Below are positions 46,548 to 59,156 of a stretch of DNA of 64,000 bases, one piece after another; position 1 is the stretch's first letter, and the number at the start of each line of letters is the position of its first letter. The translations under genes and the position numbers were made by a program. The DNA lies in contig BQFW01000013.1 in assembly GCA_020891255.1 (NCBI GenBank), forward strand, positions 1,612,001 to 1,676,000, written 5' to 3'. The stretch is from Entomortierella parvispora E1425 (lineage: Eukaryota > Fungi > Mortierellomycota). The notes under the pieces were generated by a model. It ran no database searches. It worked only from the letters and a program-made list of their open reading frames with translations, and was not told the origin of the DNA.

Positions 46548-48250
46548 CTACTCTCTGTGAGAGGGGGTATCTTCTGATGATCCATCTGTGATGGTCGTGA
46601 CAACATTTGGCCGTGGGTGACTCGAGAACGGCATCAACTCTAATTCATCCGCACCAAATCTTGGGCTCCTGCTATCGACCTCCGTCAACGGTACCACGGA
46701 TTTGTGGCTATTGTTCCTGATACTATCAGTCTCGGAGTAGGTAGGAGGGACATACCGGCTCAATGGAGGGTGGCCATCGCTTGGACCTTGGTCTAGAGAT
46801 GGATCTTGCACGTCTTCAGCGACCTTGGAGCCAGGAATGTCATCGGCATCAACCCATCTGCTTGCCCTCCATTTGAAAAACAGGCGTTGTACCCAGACCA
46901 TGACTACCGCCAACACCAAAAATCCAACGACAATGCCAAAAGTATCCGTCCCTGAGAACGTCAAAGGCTCAGATGTCATGTCTGGATTCTGGTTGTCAGA
47001 CGTGAATCGTTTCATGGGCGCAAGAGTATACAGGTTCATGGTGGGAAAGCGGCCATCCATGGTGATCCAGAACAAATTGGATCCGTCTGCCAACATAAGA
47101 TTCGTGGATGAGAAAGGTACAAGAACAGGCTTTGAACCTGCATCTCCTCTGGTATCCGAGGCTGATTTCGGGATGCTCACAGTGACACGCGCGCTGAAAT
47201 CTGTGGAATTGATGATCGTGAACGCCCCGTCCTCGGGATTGGTCTACATATTTTCGTATAGAGATAACAGGGTGTCAGTATAAGCCACACAAGGCAAAGG
47301 TGCAAACAAATGGTAAACAGCAGAGGATGGATGACTTACATAGGATGTTGAGCACAGAACAAAGGCAAGGTTACCCATCGTGCCAATGGCGGAATAGCGA
47401 TAGGTACATGGTCCAGCGACACCCACTTCAGTGCCTTTCGAATTAATGTCGAACCAGTTGGGGTTAGATGTGTTGTATTCAAAAGGGAAGATCCGCACAG
47501 ATGCTGAATTCTCCATGGTGGAAAGTAGAAAGAGTGTTTTGTTGGCGTAGGCAATCCCACTAGCTATAGCGTTCATGCCACTCATTTGAAACTACAGTAG
47601 TTCAAGAGAAGTATCGTCAGAATCTCAAAGCAAACATCAAGGAACGGTTGATTTTTGTGCTTGTGAGCAAAACCCACCTGCTCAGGAAAGACCGTTTGTG
47701 GTGACAATGGGAAACCGTTGTTGGATCGAGAGACAGCAAGGTCATGCTGATTCAGACTATGCAGATGCATCCAATCTCCCATATCATCGTTCTTCGGGTC
47801 AAAGGCTTGAGGAGGAGTGCTGAAATCGGCTGTGGGTAATAGCAAAGATGGCCCTCTCGCCCAGCTTGCTGATTCTTGTGTGAACGAGGAGTTGTAATAC
47901 GTGTCCTGGACTACCCACATTGCAGCGTCCTTCACCACCGGGATATGAACGCTAAAAACCTGATTGAGCCCGGTGGAGTGCAATATGAACAAGGAGCCAT
48001 CACGGCTGACTCCGCACACATGGGTATAGGGGATACCTGTATCTGGGAAGATGCCCGCTTGTGTTCGTGGGTTGGAAGACAGGACGGCCCAGCTCATGTT
48101 CTGTCGTTGTCCATTGATTGTTGAACCAGAGAGCAAAACAATGCGGTCTGGGTATGAACTCTCAGTGGTGTATGCAGCATCGTAAGCAAAAGAGACGGCG
48201 TACACGACGCCGTTTCTGGATGTTAGACAGAATGGTTGCAGGGGCGCCAT
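46548..48250 (-). CDS. Single-pass membrane protein, paralog 2
   Basis: Starts MAPLQPFCLTSRNGVVYA; TM FGIVVGFLVLAVVMVWV; tail FSSHPRPNVVTTITDGSSED; 3 exons. Confidence 0.75.
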
Positions 48251-49194
48251 TGTGACAATGTATGAAGGAGAGGTAGAAGAGACAAAGTTAGTGCCAGGGA
48301 TTGAGGAAAGGTGTCGCCAGGAAGAGCGGGGTATAGATGGAAGGCAGAAAACAAGGAAAGAGGTCAAATTTGTCGCCAAGGGAAAGTGCTGCTTTTATCC
48401 ACTCACCACTGTGACCCAAAAGTTGAGAGCGCAGAGGGCAAAGTCGAGTCTTGATCCAAAACCCATTGACACTTCATGAACTGTGGAACCGTGGTCGACC
48501 TACGTACCTGGGCTGTTGCGTTCACCGGCCTGGTCCTGTACCGTAGAAGGTGCTGTCTCCAGCGGTGGATGGCCCCAGCGCCGGGGACATCGAGATGGCG
48601 ATATGGACAGACAGACTACCGACAGTTTTTCGTCTCAGTCCCAGCCCTGAACTGTTTTGAAGCAAGGCACAACATGCACATCAAAGCTCAATTGACCGCC
48701 CGCCCGCACCTTGGGCTGTAAGCTCACATGTTTGTTTGTTGTCCCCCGGGTCTCCATCCTTCACGCCAGCGCGAATCCGAGGGTAACTATCCCCAGAATC
48801 ACCTTCGCTTGAACTTCTGCTCTGGTGCAGATCGGACACGAACAAACATGACATGGACCAGGTCCAATAATCATGCGTGGGTCGCTGGAGGAGAAGCGTG
48901 AGAGAAATGGGTTCATGAGAATGCAGGCAATGGCGATTCATCTGTTTCATTCCATCTCTTGATCACTGCATTTCAACTCGTTCGATTCCTCGTGTGCACT
49001 CACCTCGCCAGTTCCCTTCGACATGTTGATATTCAGTGCGTCCACATTTTTTTTTCTCCTTCAGGAAAAAAAAAATCACGTCGACTCAAGAGAACATTAC
49101 AAGAGTCGAAGGCAACAAGGTTGTGGCACCTTGAATCTCCATGTCAAAAGAGAGTACAGCCACTGCCTGCTCAGTCGTAGGTTTGGATCATAGT

Positions 49195-50924
49195 TTATTC
49201 TACTCTCTGTGGAGAGGGGGTATCTTCTGATGATCCATCCGTAATAGTCGTGACAACACTAGGTCGCGGGTGACTCGAGAACGGCACCAACTCTAGTGCA
49301 TCCGCACGAAGCCTAGGACTCTCGCCATTTACTCTTATCGACGGCGGCATGGACGTGTGGCTATTGCTCCTAATCATATCAGTCTCAGAGTAGGACGGAG
49401 GCACGTACAAACTCAGAGGGGAGTATAGATGGCTCGAGTTCTGGCTTTGAGATGAATCCTCTACATCCTCCGCCATTTTAGAGCCAGGGATGTCACTGCT
49501 ATCTATCCACCGGCTTGCCCTCCACTTAAAAAATACCCGTTGCATCCAGACCAAGAGTGACGCCAAAACCAAGAATCCGACTACAATTGCAAAGGTTTGC
49601 ATCCCTGACAATGTAAAAGGCTCTGAGGTCATGTCAGGGTTCTGGTTATCAGACGTGAATCGCTTCGTTGGCCCAAGCGTATAGAGGACCATCTTTGGCA
49701 TGCCAATGTAATTGTCGATCCAGAAGAGCTCTTGTCCATTGGACAATAAAAAGTTCGAGGGTGTGATGGGGGCAAGAACCGGCCATGTTCAAGATTCTGC
49801 CTGGAGATTTGATAACGATGACTTTGGGATGTTCAAAGGGATATTCGTGCTGGCCGGATCTCCGGGACGAATGATAGAGAACGTCCCTACTTTAGGGTTA
49901 TACTATATATTTTGCAGAAAACGGGGCCTCGGCGTGAGTTCCACATGGTAAAGGCCCAATTAATGAAAAGCTAGCAGATCATGACTTACATAGGATGTGG
50001 TGCACAAGACATAAACAAGATTGTCCAGCGCGGCAATGGCAGAGGCTTCGTATTCACACAGCCCCATCTCGATATCGACCTCAGTACCCGATGAGTTTGT
50101 GTTGAACGAGCTGGGGTTGGTCTCATTGTATTCAAAGGGGATAGACCGTACATTTGACCGTCCATCTCTGCGGGAAAGTAGATGCAATTCCCTGTTGGTA
50201 TAGGCCATCCCTCGAGCCTCGGCCCTTATGTCATGCAATTTAAACTGGTTTTAACAAAAGAGACAATATTAGAGGCCCACACGACGACAATTTGCATGAA
50301 CCTGGTTAAGAAGGTGAGCGCGATATCTTTCTGGCCATACGAACTTTACCTGCTCGGGAAAGACCGTCTGCGGCAACTTTGGAAAGCTGTTGTTTGATCG
50401 GGAAACGGCGAGGTCGCAGTGATCCCGCGTATGAAGATGCATCCAGTCACCGTAGCCACCGTCCTCCAGGGTTGTGTGAGGAGAGATAAAATCAGCTGTT
50501 GGCAGCAGCAAGGAGGGTCCAGTTCTCCAAAATGATATCCGTGTTGAGGTCCACGCGTCGCTACTGGTGTCCGGGTCCGGGGTGTTCTTAACGCGGACCC
50601 ATACTTCCTGGTGGGAACATAGACGCTAAAAAACTGGCTCCTACCAGAGGTGCGCATGACAAACATGGAGCAATCACGACTGACTCCACACACATGCGCG
50701 TAGGGGATGCCTGGCTCTGGGAATAAGCCCGGTCGTTCTCGAGGGGTTGATGACATGACAGTCCGGCTCATGTCCTGTCGAAGTCCTGTGGATGTTGATT
50801 CCTTGAGAAGAACAAAGTGGTCTGGGTATGAACTTTCGGTGGTGGTTGAAACGTCATAAGCAAACGAGGCGGCGTACACGACGCCGTTTCTGGTGGCTAT
50901 GCAAAATGGTTGCAAGGGTGCCAT
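49195..50924 (-). pseudogene. Single-pass membrane protein, paralog 3; tandem duplicate of paralog 2 with a frameshift near 50570-50590
   Basis: Starts MAPLQPFCIATRNG; similarity to paralog 2 (GPSLLLPTADF, DWMHLH) resumes in another frame after ccccggacccgga; could also be a sequence error. Confidence 0.6.
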
Positions 50925-51979
50925 TCTGATGATATAATGGTGTGGATAGATGAGACTAAGGAGAATGAGAGGAATTGAAGAAGAATATCGCAAACAAGCG
51001 CTGGGGACAGAGTGAAGAAGAGCTGCTTTATATACAGCGACCGATCTGACACAAGATGTCAAGCGCTCCAAGCACACAGAACCTTGATCCAAAACCCCAG
51101 ATGCTTCTTTTTTCCTTCGTGTGCTGGGCTGTGTCACTGGCTGCCCTAATATAGAACGATGCCTTCAGGAGTGCAGTTGGCCCCAGCGCTGTGGAAAGAG
51201 CGATCGGCAATGGCGATACATAGGCCAAAAATGCCGAATAGAGCATCTACGGTCCCACCGAAAGTAAACTTCACGACGAAGGGAACGCGCACATCAAGGC
51301 ATCGATCTCTACATCTTGAGCTGTTTGCTTGCCCTTGAAATGTACCATGGTCCTCCTTTCCTTGCACATTTTGTCATCAACAAGGCGAACCCAGGAACGA
51401 TGGCCAACCTCTTTTATTACGGACCGTGCCTGGACACGACATCCACATGACTGTCATGGGTTTCCCTGAGCGCGTTGGATCAAAGCGTGAGGGGAATGAG
51501 AAATATTAGTCGATCCATGGGAACAATCCAGACTGAACAGCCCAAACCCAAACTCTCAGCTCTGCCCAACTCTCTCCATGACCTGCGAATGATTGTCAAT
51601 GATGCAATGCACTTTGATGGAGTGTCTCATTTCGCATGCCATTTGTTCCTTGCCTCCATCGCCTCTGAATAATTATAAAAAAAAATCACGTCTCTTGTGT
51701 CGCACTCTCCACATCAACGCCACCAAGGTCGGGTATCACAATACACAAAGCGCGACGGCCTAAACTAGGCATCGCGAGCACTAAAAAGCCCGATCGCCTT
51801 ACCAGTTACAAACCCATAGCGATCCTTCCATAGTCCACTTCGCCTACGTACTATTGGTAGGGATTGCAAGCTGGCACGATTTGCTGGCTCACGAACCACT
51901 TTTTTGTTGGCCAGTCCTGAAAGCAACACAACTGACCTCCTCTAACCATGGTAGAAGAGTTCTGGACACATTCCTTTTA

Positions 51980-53178
51980 TTACTTCACAACAGGCAAATA
52001 CAATTTGAACTCTGCTGGCAACTCATTCTCAGGAACAAGTCGGTCAGAGAAATAGATTCTCCTTATCCTGCAGTTTGCGTGAATAGTAATCCGCTGCGTT
52101 TCCACATATGTGGTGCCATAGGCACGCTTTGTATAGTCCGCCAAGTTCAATTGAATCTGATTCCAGCCCGGATCCATGCGCATTGGCATTGTGGTGATGT
52201 AGGGCTTAACCCTTGTTGTCGTCTAATTGTGCAAAACCATTCCAGGTAGACATATCCAAGAGGTAAAAATAGAAGAAAACGAGAAGGGAAGGAAGGAAAT
52301 ATTTTGTCCGTTAGTTCCAAAGAAAAAAAATAGTCTGCAAGATAAGAACGGCATTTTTCGTTCGGGTCCACATCCTAAGTCAAAGGCCACTGATCCATCC
52401 ACAGCGCCTGGACATTGTCAAGCGTCCCGTCTCCGTGCATGTCTCAGCCGCGAGACTGGGTGCTCAAGATCTACTGCATTAGAGCGTGATGATACTGTTT
52501 TGGTCGAATTTTCAAGAGAACACAGAAAGATGCCCGACCTGGAAGTTGGATGCACGGAATCGTCGCTTCTCTCCCCGATCATCCAAGACAGTGACTTCGA
52601 ATGTCCAGTATTTTCCCAAATTCTTGACCATGAAGACCAAGAAGGGTAGTTTGATGCCAAGAGTCCTTGTGGCGAGTGAAGGTGTTGTGATGAAGGTCGA
52701 AGGGAGATGGGTCGAGATGAGCTCCAGAACCTTGGAGTTGAGAGTATCGTCAATCACAAAGTCAATATGAGGCTCTGGATGCGATGGGGTTGAAGATGTG
52801 GATTCTGCTGAGGTGCCTTCTCCATTGTTGTCGTCGTTGGGGTGATTGGATCCCTGTGCTCTTGATGAGGGAGGTGATCCAACGCGCTTTGCCCATAGTT
52901 GCAACGGATCAGATCTAAAATATAAAATAGAGCAGGACAGGATACAGTGTCAGCTTCCGTATTTGGGTTTTTTGGTGTATCTTGACCAAAGGAGAGGACG
53001 CGCCCTGCGTCTTGCTCTTTCTCAACTAACCCTAGGCTGTAAAAGACGGAAAGGAATCCGGACTGAAGACAGGAAGGAACAAGCAATGGAAATGTTAGCG
53101 GTCGAAATGAACTCAAAAGGATGGCATGGTGATGAAAGCGAGTGAGGGGCCACCGACCACAAATGTGTTCTTGAACAT
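51980..53178 (-). CDS. CFAP20: CFAP20/BUG22 homolog, multi-exon
   Basis: MFKNTF|(Q)[11 protein letters not shown]|[74 protein letters not shown]. Confidence 0.92.
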
Positions 53179-53550
53179 GGCTGAATGGGCAATGTGATCT
53201 GATCAAGGGGTGCTGAAGGAGAGATGGATGGATGTGGACACAGACTTAACTTACTCAAGCATCAAAGCGCATGATAAAAAATAAAAAATAAAAAATTGTA
53301 TATCTACAAGCCACACAATTTTAGTCGCACTTTTATTGACGCGTGATATTCTCGGCCCCGCATGCACACGCACATGCGCATGCTTCTTCACCATTGATCA
53401 AGGATCGTATTGGCATCCAGCCTGGCCGTCTCCTACACGCGCCGTAAGAACTCGCATGGTATTGACTGCCAAACCCCCCGTCTCATTTTCATGGACGCCC
53501 TCATTCCTCACCAACAGAGCCTATTAGCCTTTTACACGCAATATTTCTAG

Positions 53551-56022
53551 ATGCGCGATCCTTGCGACCTCTGCAAAAGCCAAAAGGTTCCAGAGACAGG
53601 CATCCAGATTTGCTGTGATGCATGCAATATCTGCTACCATTTGACATGCCTAAAGTTGGATATCTCTGCGGTGGAAACCTTTGAAAAGTACCACTGTCCC
53701 AACTGTGAACCGACCGCGGGCCCCAGCACCCGTATGTATAATATGCCTCGTATGAACTTTCCAATTTCGTAGGCTTCCATGGTCGCTCATGTCGTTGCCT
53801 ATCATCCTAGTTTTTTCCTTGGACGCCAAAACCACCCTATCAGCTCTGCGATGGAAGGATATGCTGGAAGAAAGGACATTTGAGGATCACGACTTTTTGA
53901 CAATGGAGGGCAAAGATGTGACCCTGGATTATTTGAGGTCAACAGGATTCAAGAAACCCCTAGTGGTCAAACTTGACAAGAACGGCTCAACAAAGGGGCT
54001 CGATATGTCCATGCCCTCTCCATCCTTCACTGTGGATGATGTGAAAACGAGTGTAGGGGAGATGCACACCGTTGGGGTTATTGATGTGGCGACGCAGAGT
54101 GAGGCCGATGATTGGACACTAGGACGCTGGGCAGAATACTTCAACACGGAGCCGAAAGACAGGATTCGAAATGTGATCTCCCTCGAGGTTTCGAATACAA
54201 GTCTTGCAAAAGAGATTAAAGTTCCTCGGATAGTGAGGTAAGGACCATTAGATAGTGTTGTAAAGGGCATGAAAGACTGTTGTTAGCTTTACTAAAGTTG
54301 TGTCTTGACATTTTTTTTTACGTTAGGGAGTTGGATTGGGTCAGAAACTTTTGGCCGGTCGAGAGGACATATGCTCAACCAAAGGTGCTATTATACTGCC
54401 TCATGGGCGTAGAAAACAGCTATACGGACTTGTAAGTTTGCTGCCTACAACACCCTGATCGATTGCGATCTGACAAAATTGGATTATTAACGTTACTCTT
54501 AAATTAATTACCACGAAAACAATCAGTCATATCGATTTTGGCGGCTCATCAGTAAGTAGAAACCTTTCACGTTGAATGCATGCTTGGACTGGACAAAACA
54601 TGCTAATATCCAAGATGTTTGTTCTCTAGGTTTTTTACCACGTTGTGTCAGGATCAAAAATCTTTTATGTTGCAGAGCCAACTCCGGAGAATCTGGAAAT
54701 TTACATCAATTGGTGCAACAGTCCTGAACGGAACAAGTCATTTCTTGGAGACCTCTTCCCTAGAAAGTGCTTCAAGGTTGAGATTAAGCAAGGCGACACT
54801 TTGTAAGCAGGGAGTTTGCAATTGTTCAGCTCCATCATATATTTTTCCTCTACCTTCTCATCAATCGGTGTTCGTCGTCTCTAGGTTGATTCCATCGGGC
54901 TGGATTCATGCTGTCTTTACGCCAGAGACAAGTGTTGTCTTTGGTGGAAATTTTGTCCACTCATTGCATGTGCCCATGCAGTGCAAGATAGCACAAATCG
55001 AACGAACGACAAATACCCCTCTCAAATATCGCTATCCATCGTTCGAGCGACTCAGTTGGTTTGTGGTATTGGGCGTTTACAAGAAAGAAAAGAAAAGCAA
55101 AGGTATTTTTTTTTTCATTGCACTCTAGTACTGCCCAATCTCCAGACCGTAACTCATTTTATTACTCGCAATAGTTTACCTATTCTCGTTAAGCACAGCT
55201 GAACTGCATGGCTTGATAGAGCTGTGCAAGTACGTGTATTCTCGTCAGGTTCTTGCGCTCCCGTTTGAAGACACCATCCTCTCTCCTACATCGAATGTCT
55301 CGGATGAATCAGTACTAGTGGAAGACTACACAGCTCGAGAGATCCGGGAGATTCTCACCAGCATGCCGTCCGAGGTGGCTTACCTCTTTATTGGGTGGGT
55401 TGAACTCCTCAGACGCTTGTATGAGAAACTTTGTCAAGCCTTGGAAGCAAGGGGAGAACCAGTCGATGAGCAACATCATTTTCACATTGACGACACTATC
55501 AGTCCAAGGACGTCTGGAAGATCAGCTCAACATTTCTCCAAAAATGGCTTGCCTCCAGCAAAAAATCATATCGCCAAATCTCCGATTATCTCATCAGGGC
55601 GCTCTTCTCCACCGTGCACACCGCCGCAAACCAAACTCACCACTACACCACCTACCAAGCAACTGATATCTGGCACGAAGAACTCAAAGGATAAGGGAAC
55701 GACCCTCTCTAAGGAATCTGCTCGCCCACAGCCAACAAGGAAATCCAGTGTACAGGCTAAAACTGCGGGAACACCAGGCGTGTCTCGTAAGAGAAGGCAG
55801 CTATCTGAAGTCAGTCAAGACGACCACGATGTATCGCGAGCTACCAAGCGGGATAACAGGATCTCAAAGACTGCACCAATGGCCGTGTCACCGTCGCTTG
55901 TTCTGCAAAGCTTGGAAATTCAACCCGCTCCAAAAACACTTTCCCATCCCCCTCCAACAAAATCAGGAACCCTCCCCACTAGAAGGTCAGCTCGCTTAGT
56001 ACAATTCATGGACAGGCAGTAA
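53551..56022 (+). CDS. JHD1: PHD finger + JmjC histone demethylase (Jhd1/KDM2-KDM7-like), multi-exon
   Basis: PHD CDLC...CCDAC...HLTC...CPNC; JmjC LYCLMG...YTDF|HIDFGGSS|VFYHV...IPSGWIHAVFTP...GGNF. Confidence 0.88.
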
Positions 56023-56039
56023 TACAATGGTATATTAAA

Positions 56040-58906
56040 TCAAGGAACTGGAGGGGCACTGGGAAGGGCTAAAGCAGGAGCGGCAGGTGAGCTTGTGCTT
56101 GATGTGCCTGTGGTTCTTGAGGTTGATATAGTGAGATGTGCTCTTGGAATGGCGTTGGTTCGCATCCATCCTGGTTGATTAGGTTGTGGAGGATGCTCAG
56201 TGGATGAAATAACTGACATGGGTATAGATGGGAAAGGGGCTGCACTTATTCCTGTCAACAGGGGTATTGACCGTACGCCTTCGATACTGATGCTGGTCAG
56301 GGCCAGATGTCCTTCCATCGCCGACGAGCCAGGCAATGCAACTGTAGGTGTCGTGGAAGTGGAACTCAAGGATGATTGAATTCCCTCCTCTAGCCTTGGA
56401 TGTGGTTCTTGATGCGATTGGGGTGAGAGGGAGGTGACCACACTCCGGATTTGATGTCTTCTGAGAGGTAAAAAAGCTGAAGGACCTGTAAACCGAGAAC
56501 TTATTCTGGCTTGATATGTAGGGTCTGTGGGCTGGTCAACATCAAGTGTCGTACCGCTGCTATTTTCACTGGCGATAACTCTTCTGGCATTTGGACGCCG
56601 GAAGGGCATTGGTCTGGAATCGTCCATGCCACCGTGAATCACTGTCACTCCAATAGCAGTAGCTGCAGAAGTACCCAGATTTGATCCAGTTGCCAATGTA
56701 AAGTCATGGGTTTCCTCAGATTCACAGATTTTGGATCCAGGTGGCTCATTCGATCCCTGCCCCATGTCATGCTCCTCATCCTCGTCCATCCCTTCCTCCT
56801 GATCTGCCTGGCCAGGCAGAGCGCGCGCATGTCCTATTTCTGGATCGAAATTCCCCTCCCGTTTCCGACCCCATTTCCAAGAAACGATACTCCAGGCCCT
56901 TGATTTGGTCCGCGTTGACTGTTTCGATCTCGGGTTCCTTGTTTTCTTCTTGTTCTTCTTTTTCCTGTTCCTGTACTTGTCCTTCTCGATCTGATGGACA
57001 GAAGTATTGACATTAAAGTCACCGTTTTCGGCCAATATCTTCTTTCTTTTCTTTTTGAAGCAAAGAACAAGGCCATAGACGATCCAAGAGAGGACGACCG
57101 AGAAAAAGGCAATGACGATGACCTGGGTCGCCGTCATATTGGGAGTTTCGTTAGGATTCAAAGAATCAAAATCAGAAGGGGTGTAGGCCGGCGTGACGGA
57201 GAAATTCTGACCGACTTGACCGTCAGAATTCGAGGACAGGACATCGACGTAATAGGAATAGGAAATGGCGGTCCAGTTCTGGGACAGCCCCGTGGCTTGT
57301 AGGCCGTGCCCTCCCAGGCCATTGTGATCTGAATCTTCAAAATAGCCCCTGGAGTACAGAATATTCAAAGCTAGACCTTCAGCATTGTGGTAGAGTGGCC
57401 ACATGGACGGGTAGAGGCGTGCCGTCAGTGGCCAGTCCAATGTCAGAACCTGATACGGTGCCGGAACAATCTTTCGGGTCGTGCTGGTGTTGGTGGTTAC
57501 GTTGAACATGACGTGCAAATTTGGAGTCGAACTCTAGTGGTATCGAAAAAGGGGAGGTTTGAGTAAAAAAAAGATAGAAAAGTGATACTGTAAAATCGGA
57601 AAGAAAAACGAGCTATCGGATCTTTTGTTATCTTTACAGTTGAATTGAAGCATAAAACATGGATCATGTCCCCCAACGAAGATATCATGGATCTGTCATT
57701 GTTGACACAATCCAGTTGTGGAGGGAGCTCGACTGTCAGCAGATTGTCCGTTGCCTGATCCGGCGGTGGGAATGCTATGGTCTTCAAGCCGTCTTTGCCT
57801 TGTACAAGAATCCTGGAAAGTGGCAAGACAGAGACCCAGGTGCGACCAGAGGACTGACTGAGAACAAAGAGTCTGCTGTTCGTAACGTGGATTGGACACC
57901 GACTTGCAGCAGTCCTATGTCCCAGATGTTCAGGGTTCTGAAGGGTTACAACTGGTCAGTGACAGTTCAGCGACTTCTTTGTCGAGAAAAAGTCAGCAAG
58001 GTGATCCACCAGCAAATGATTAGATAATGGATGAAATGAAAAAAAAAAAAATGTGCTCAGAGATTGTCGTACCTGCAGCTTCCATGTGGTTTGTGGAATA
58101 GTCGGGAAGACTCCGTTACGACTGACTGCAATCTGGATTTCAATCTGATCAAGACTAGACATGTCTGTGGCGCAAGTCGACCAAATCTGCACCCACTCAC
58201 TGAGGTCTGAGGTCCCTCCTTCCTCTTCTCCAGCATTGTCGTCGTTCGTACAATTAACCGTGGAGATGTCAATACTACTGAAAGCCACGAGCGCCGCTGC
58301 ACTTCCTGGCTGCGAATACCAATTTGTTGATTGGTGTGACTCCAACCCTGTCCACATTCCCAAGGTCAGCAGTGGCAGTGAATGGTCAGAGACACCATAT
58401 GGCAAGTTGAGTACCTGACTTTTTCGAGCAGTATTGTCATCTCCGAGGGATATGCTATCGTCAGAGTCTCCATTAGTGCTGTCGTCGTCCACCTGGTTGC
58501 GTGTCGGGTTTGTGGTTGGCAGCCTGATGAGAAGAGACGGCGACAATTGAACACTCAGTTCAGGAAAAGACTGAGCACGGAGCGCAAAGTACCCATCAGA
58601 GCTGGTCCCGCAAGAGAAGGCATAGGATGTGTTGGGAAAGAGATTGACGGTGGCGCGAGGAGTGCTGAAAACAATTGTCCAGTTTAAATTGTCCATTTCG
58701 TCCAGAAAAGTTATGTTGTAAAAAGGACTCGACGCCAGAACGGATGGGACACGGGTGGAAGTCGATTGGATCAGTACCAGCCAATCGGGGTAGTAACTAG
58801 TGTGGAAGATGGTCTTGTCCTGGTCAAGGTTGTACGCAAAACCCGTGCCAAAGATCGAGTGACCGTCTGATGCCAAGCAGAACGGTGACTGCAAAAGATA
58901 TGCCAT
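56040..58906 (-). CDS. Single-pass membrane protein, divergent paralog 4
   Basis: Starts MAYLLQSPFCLASDG...FAY..YPDWLVLI (family motif); TM VIVIAFFSVVLSWIVYGLVLC followed by a basic stretch and long Ser/Pro-rich tail; lacks a clear FSSHPRP. Confidence 0.65.
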
Positions 58907-59156
58907 GGTTTGATATGAGAGTCGAAAGGGACGCTGCCCCGGGAGAGGAAAGTCGCGCGCGCGATCTTTTTTTTCAAGAGTGCTGAGAAGTGAGATGCAA
59001 ATAGATGGCTAATGGCAAAAGGAATGGAGAAAGAGGGCGGAATGAGATTCCTCATCGTCGCATCGGTGCACAAGCACACGCCTCTGCTGTCTGTCCTTGT
59101 GCTCTCGTTTTACTTTTTTTTTTTTTCGCCCTCTACAGCAATGATGACAGGTACGC

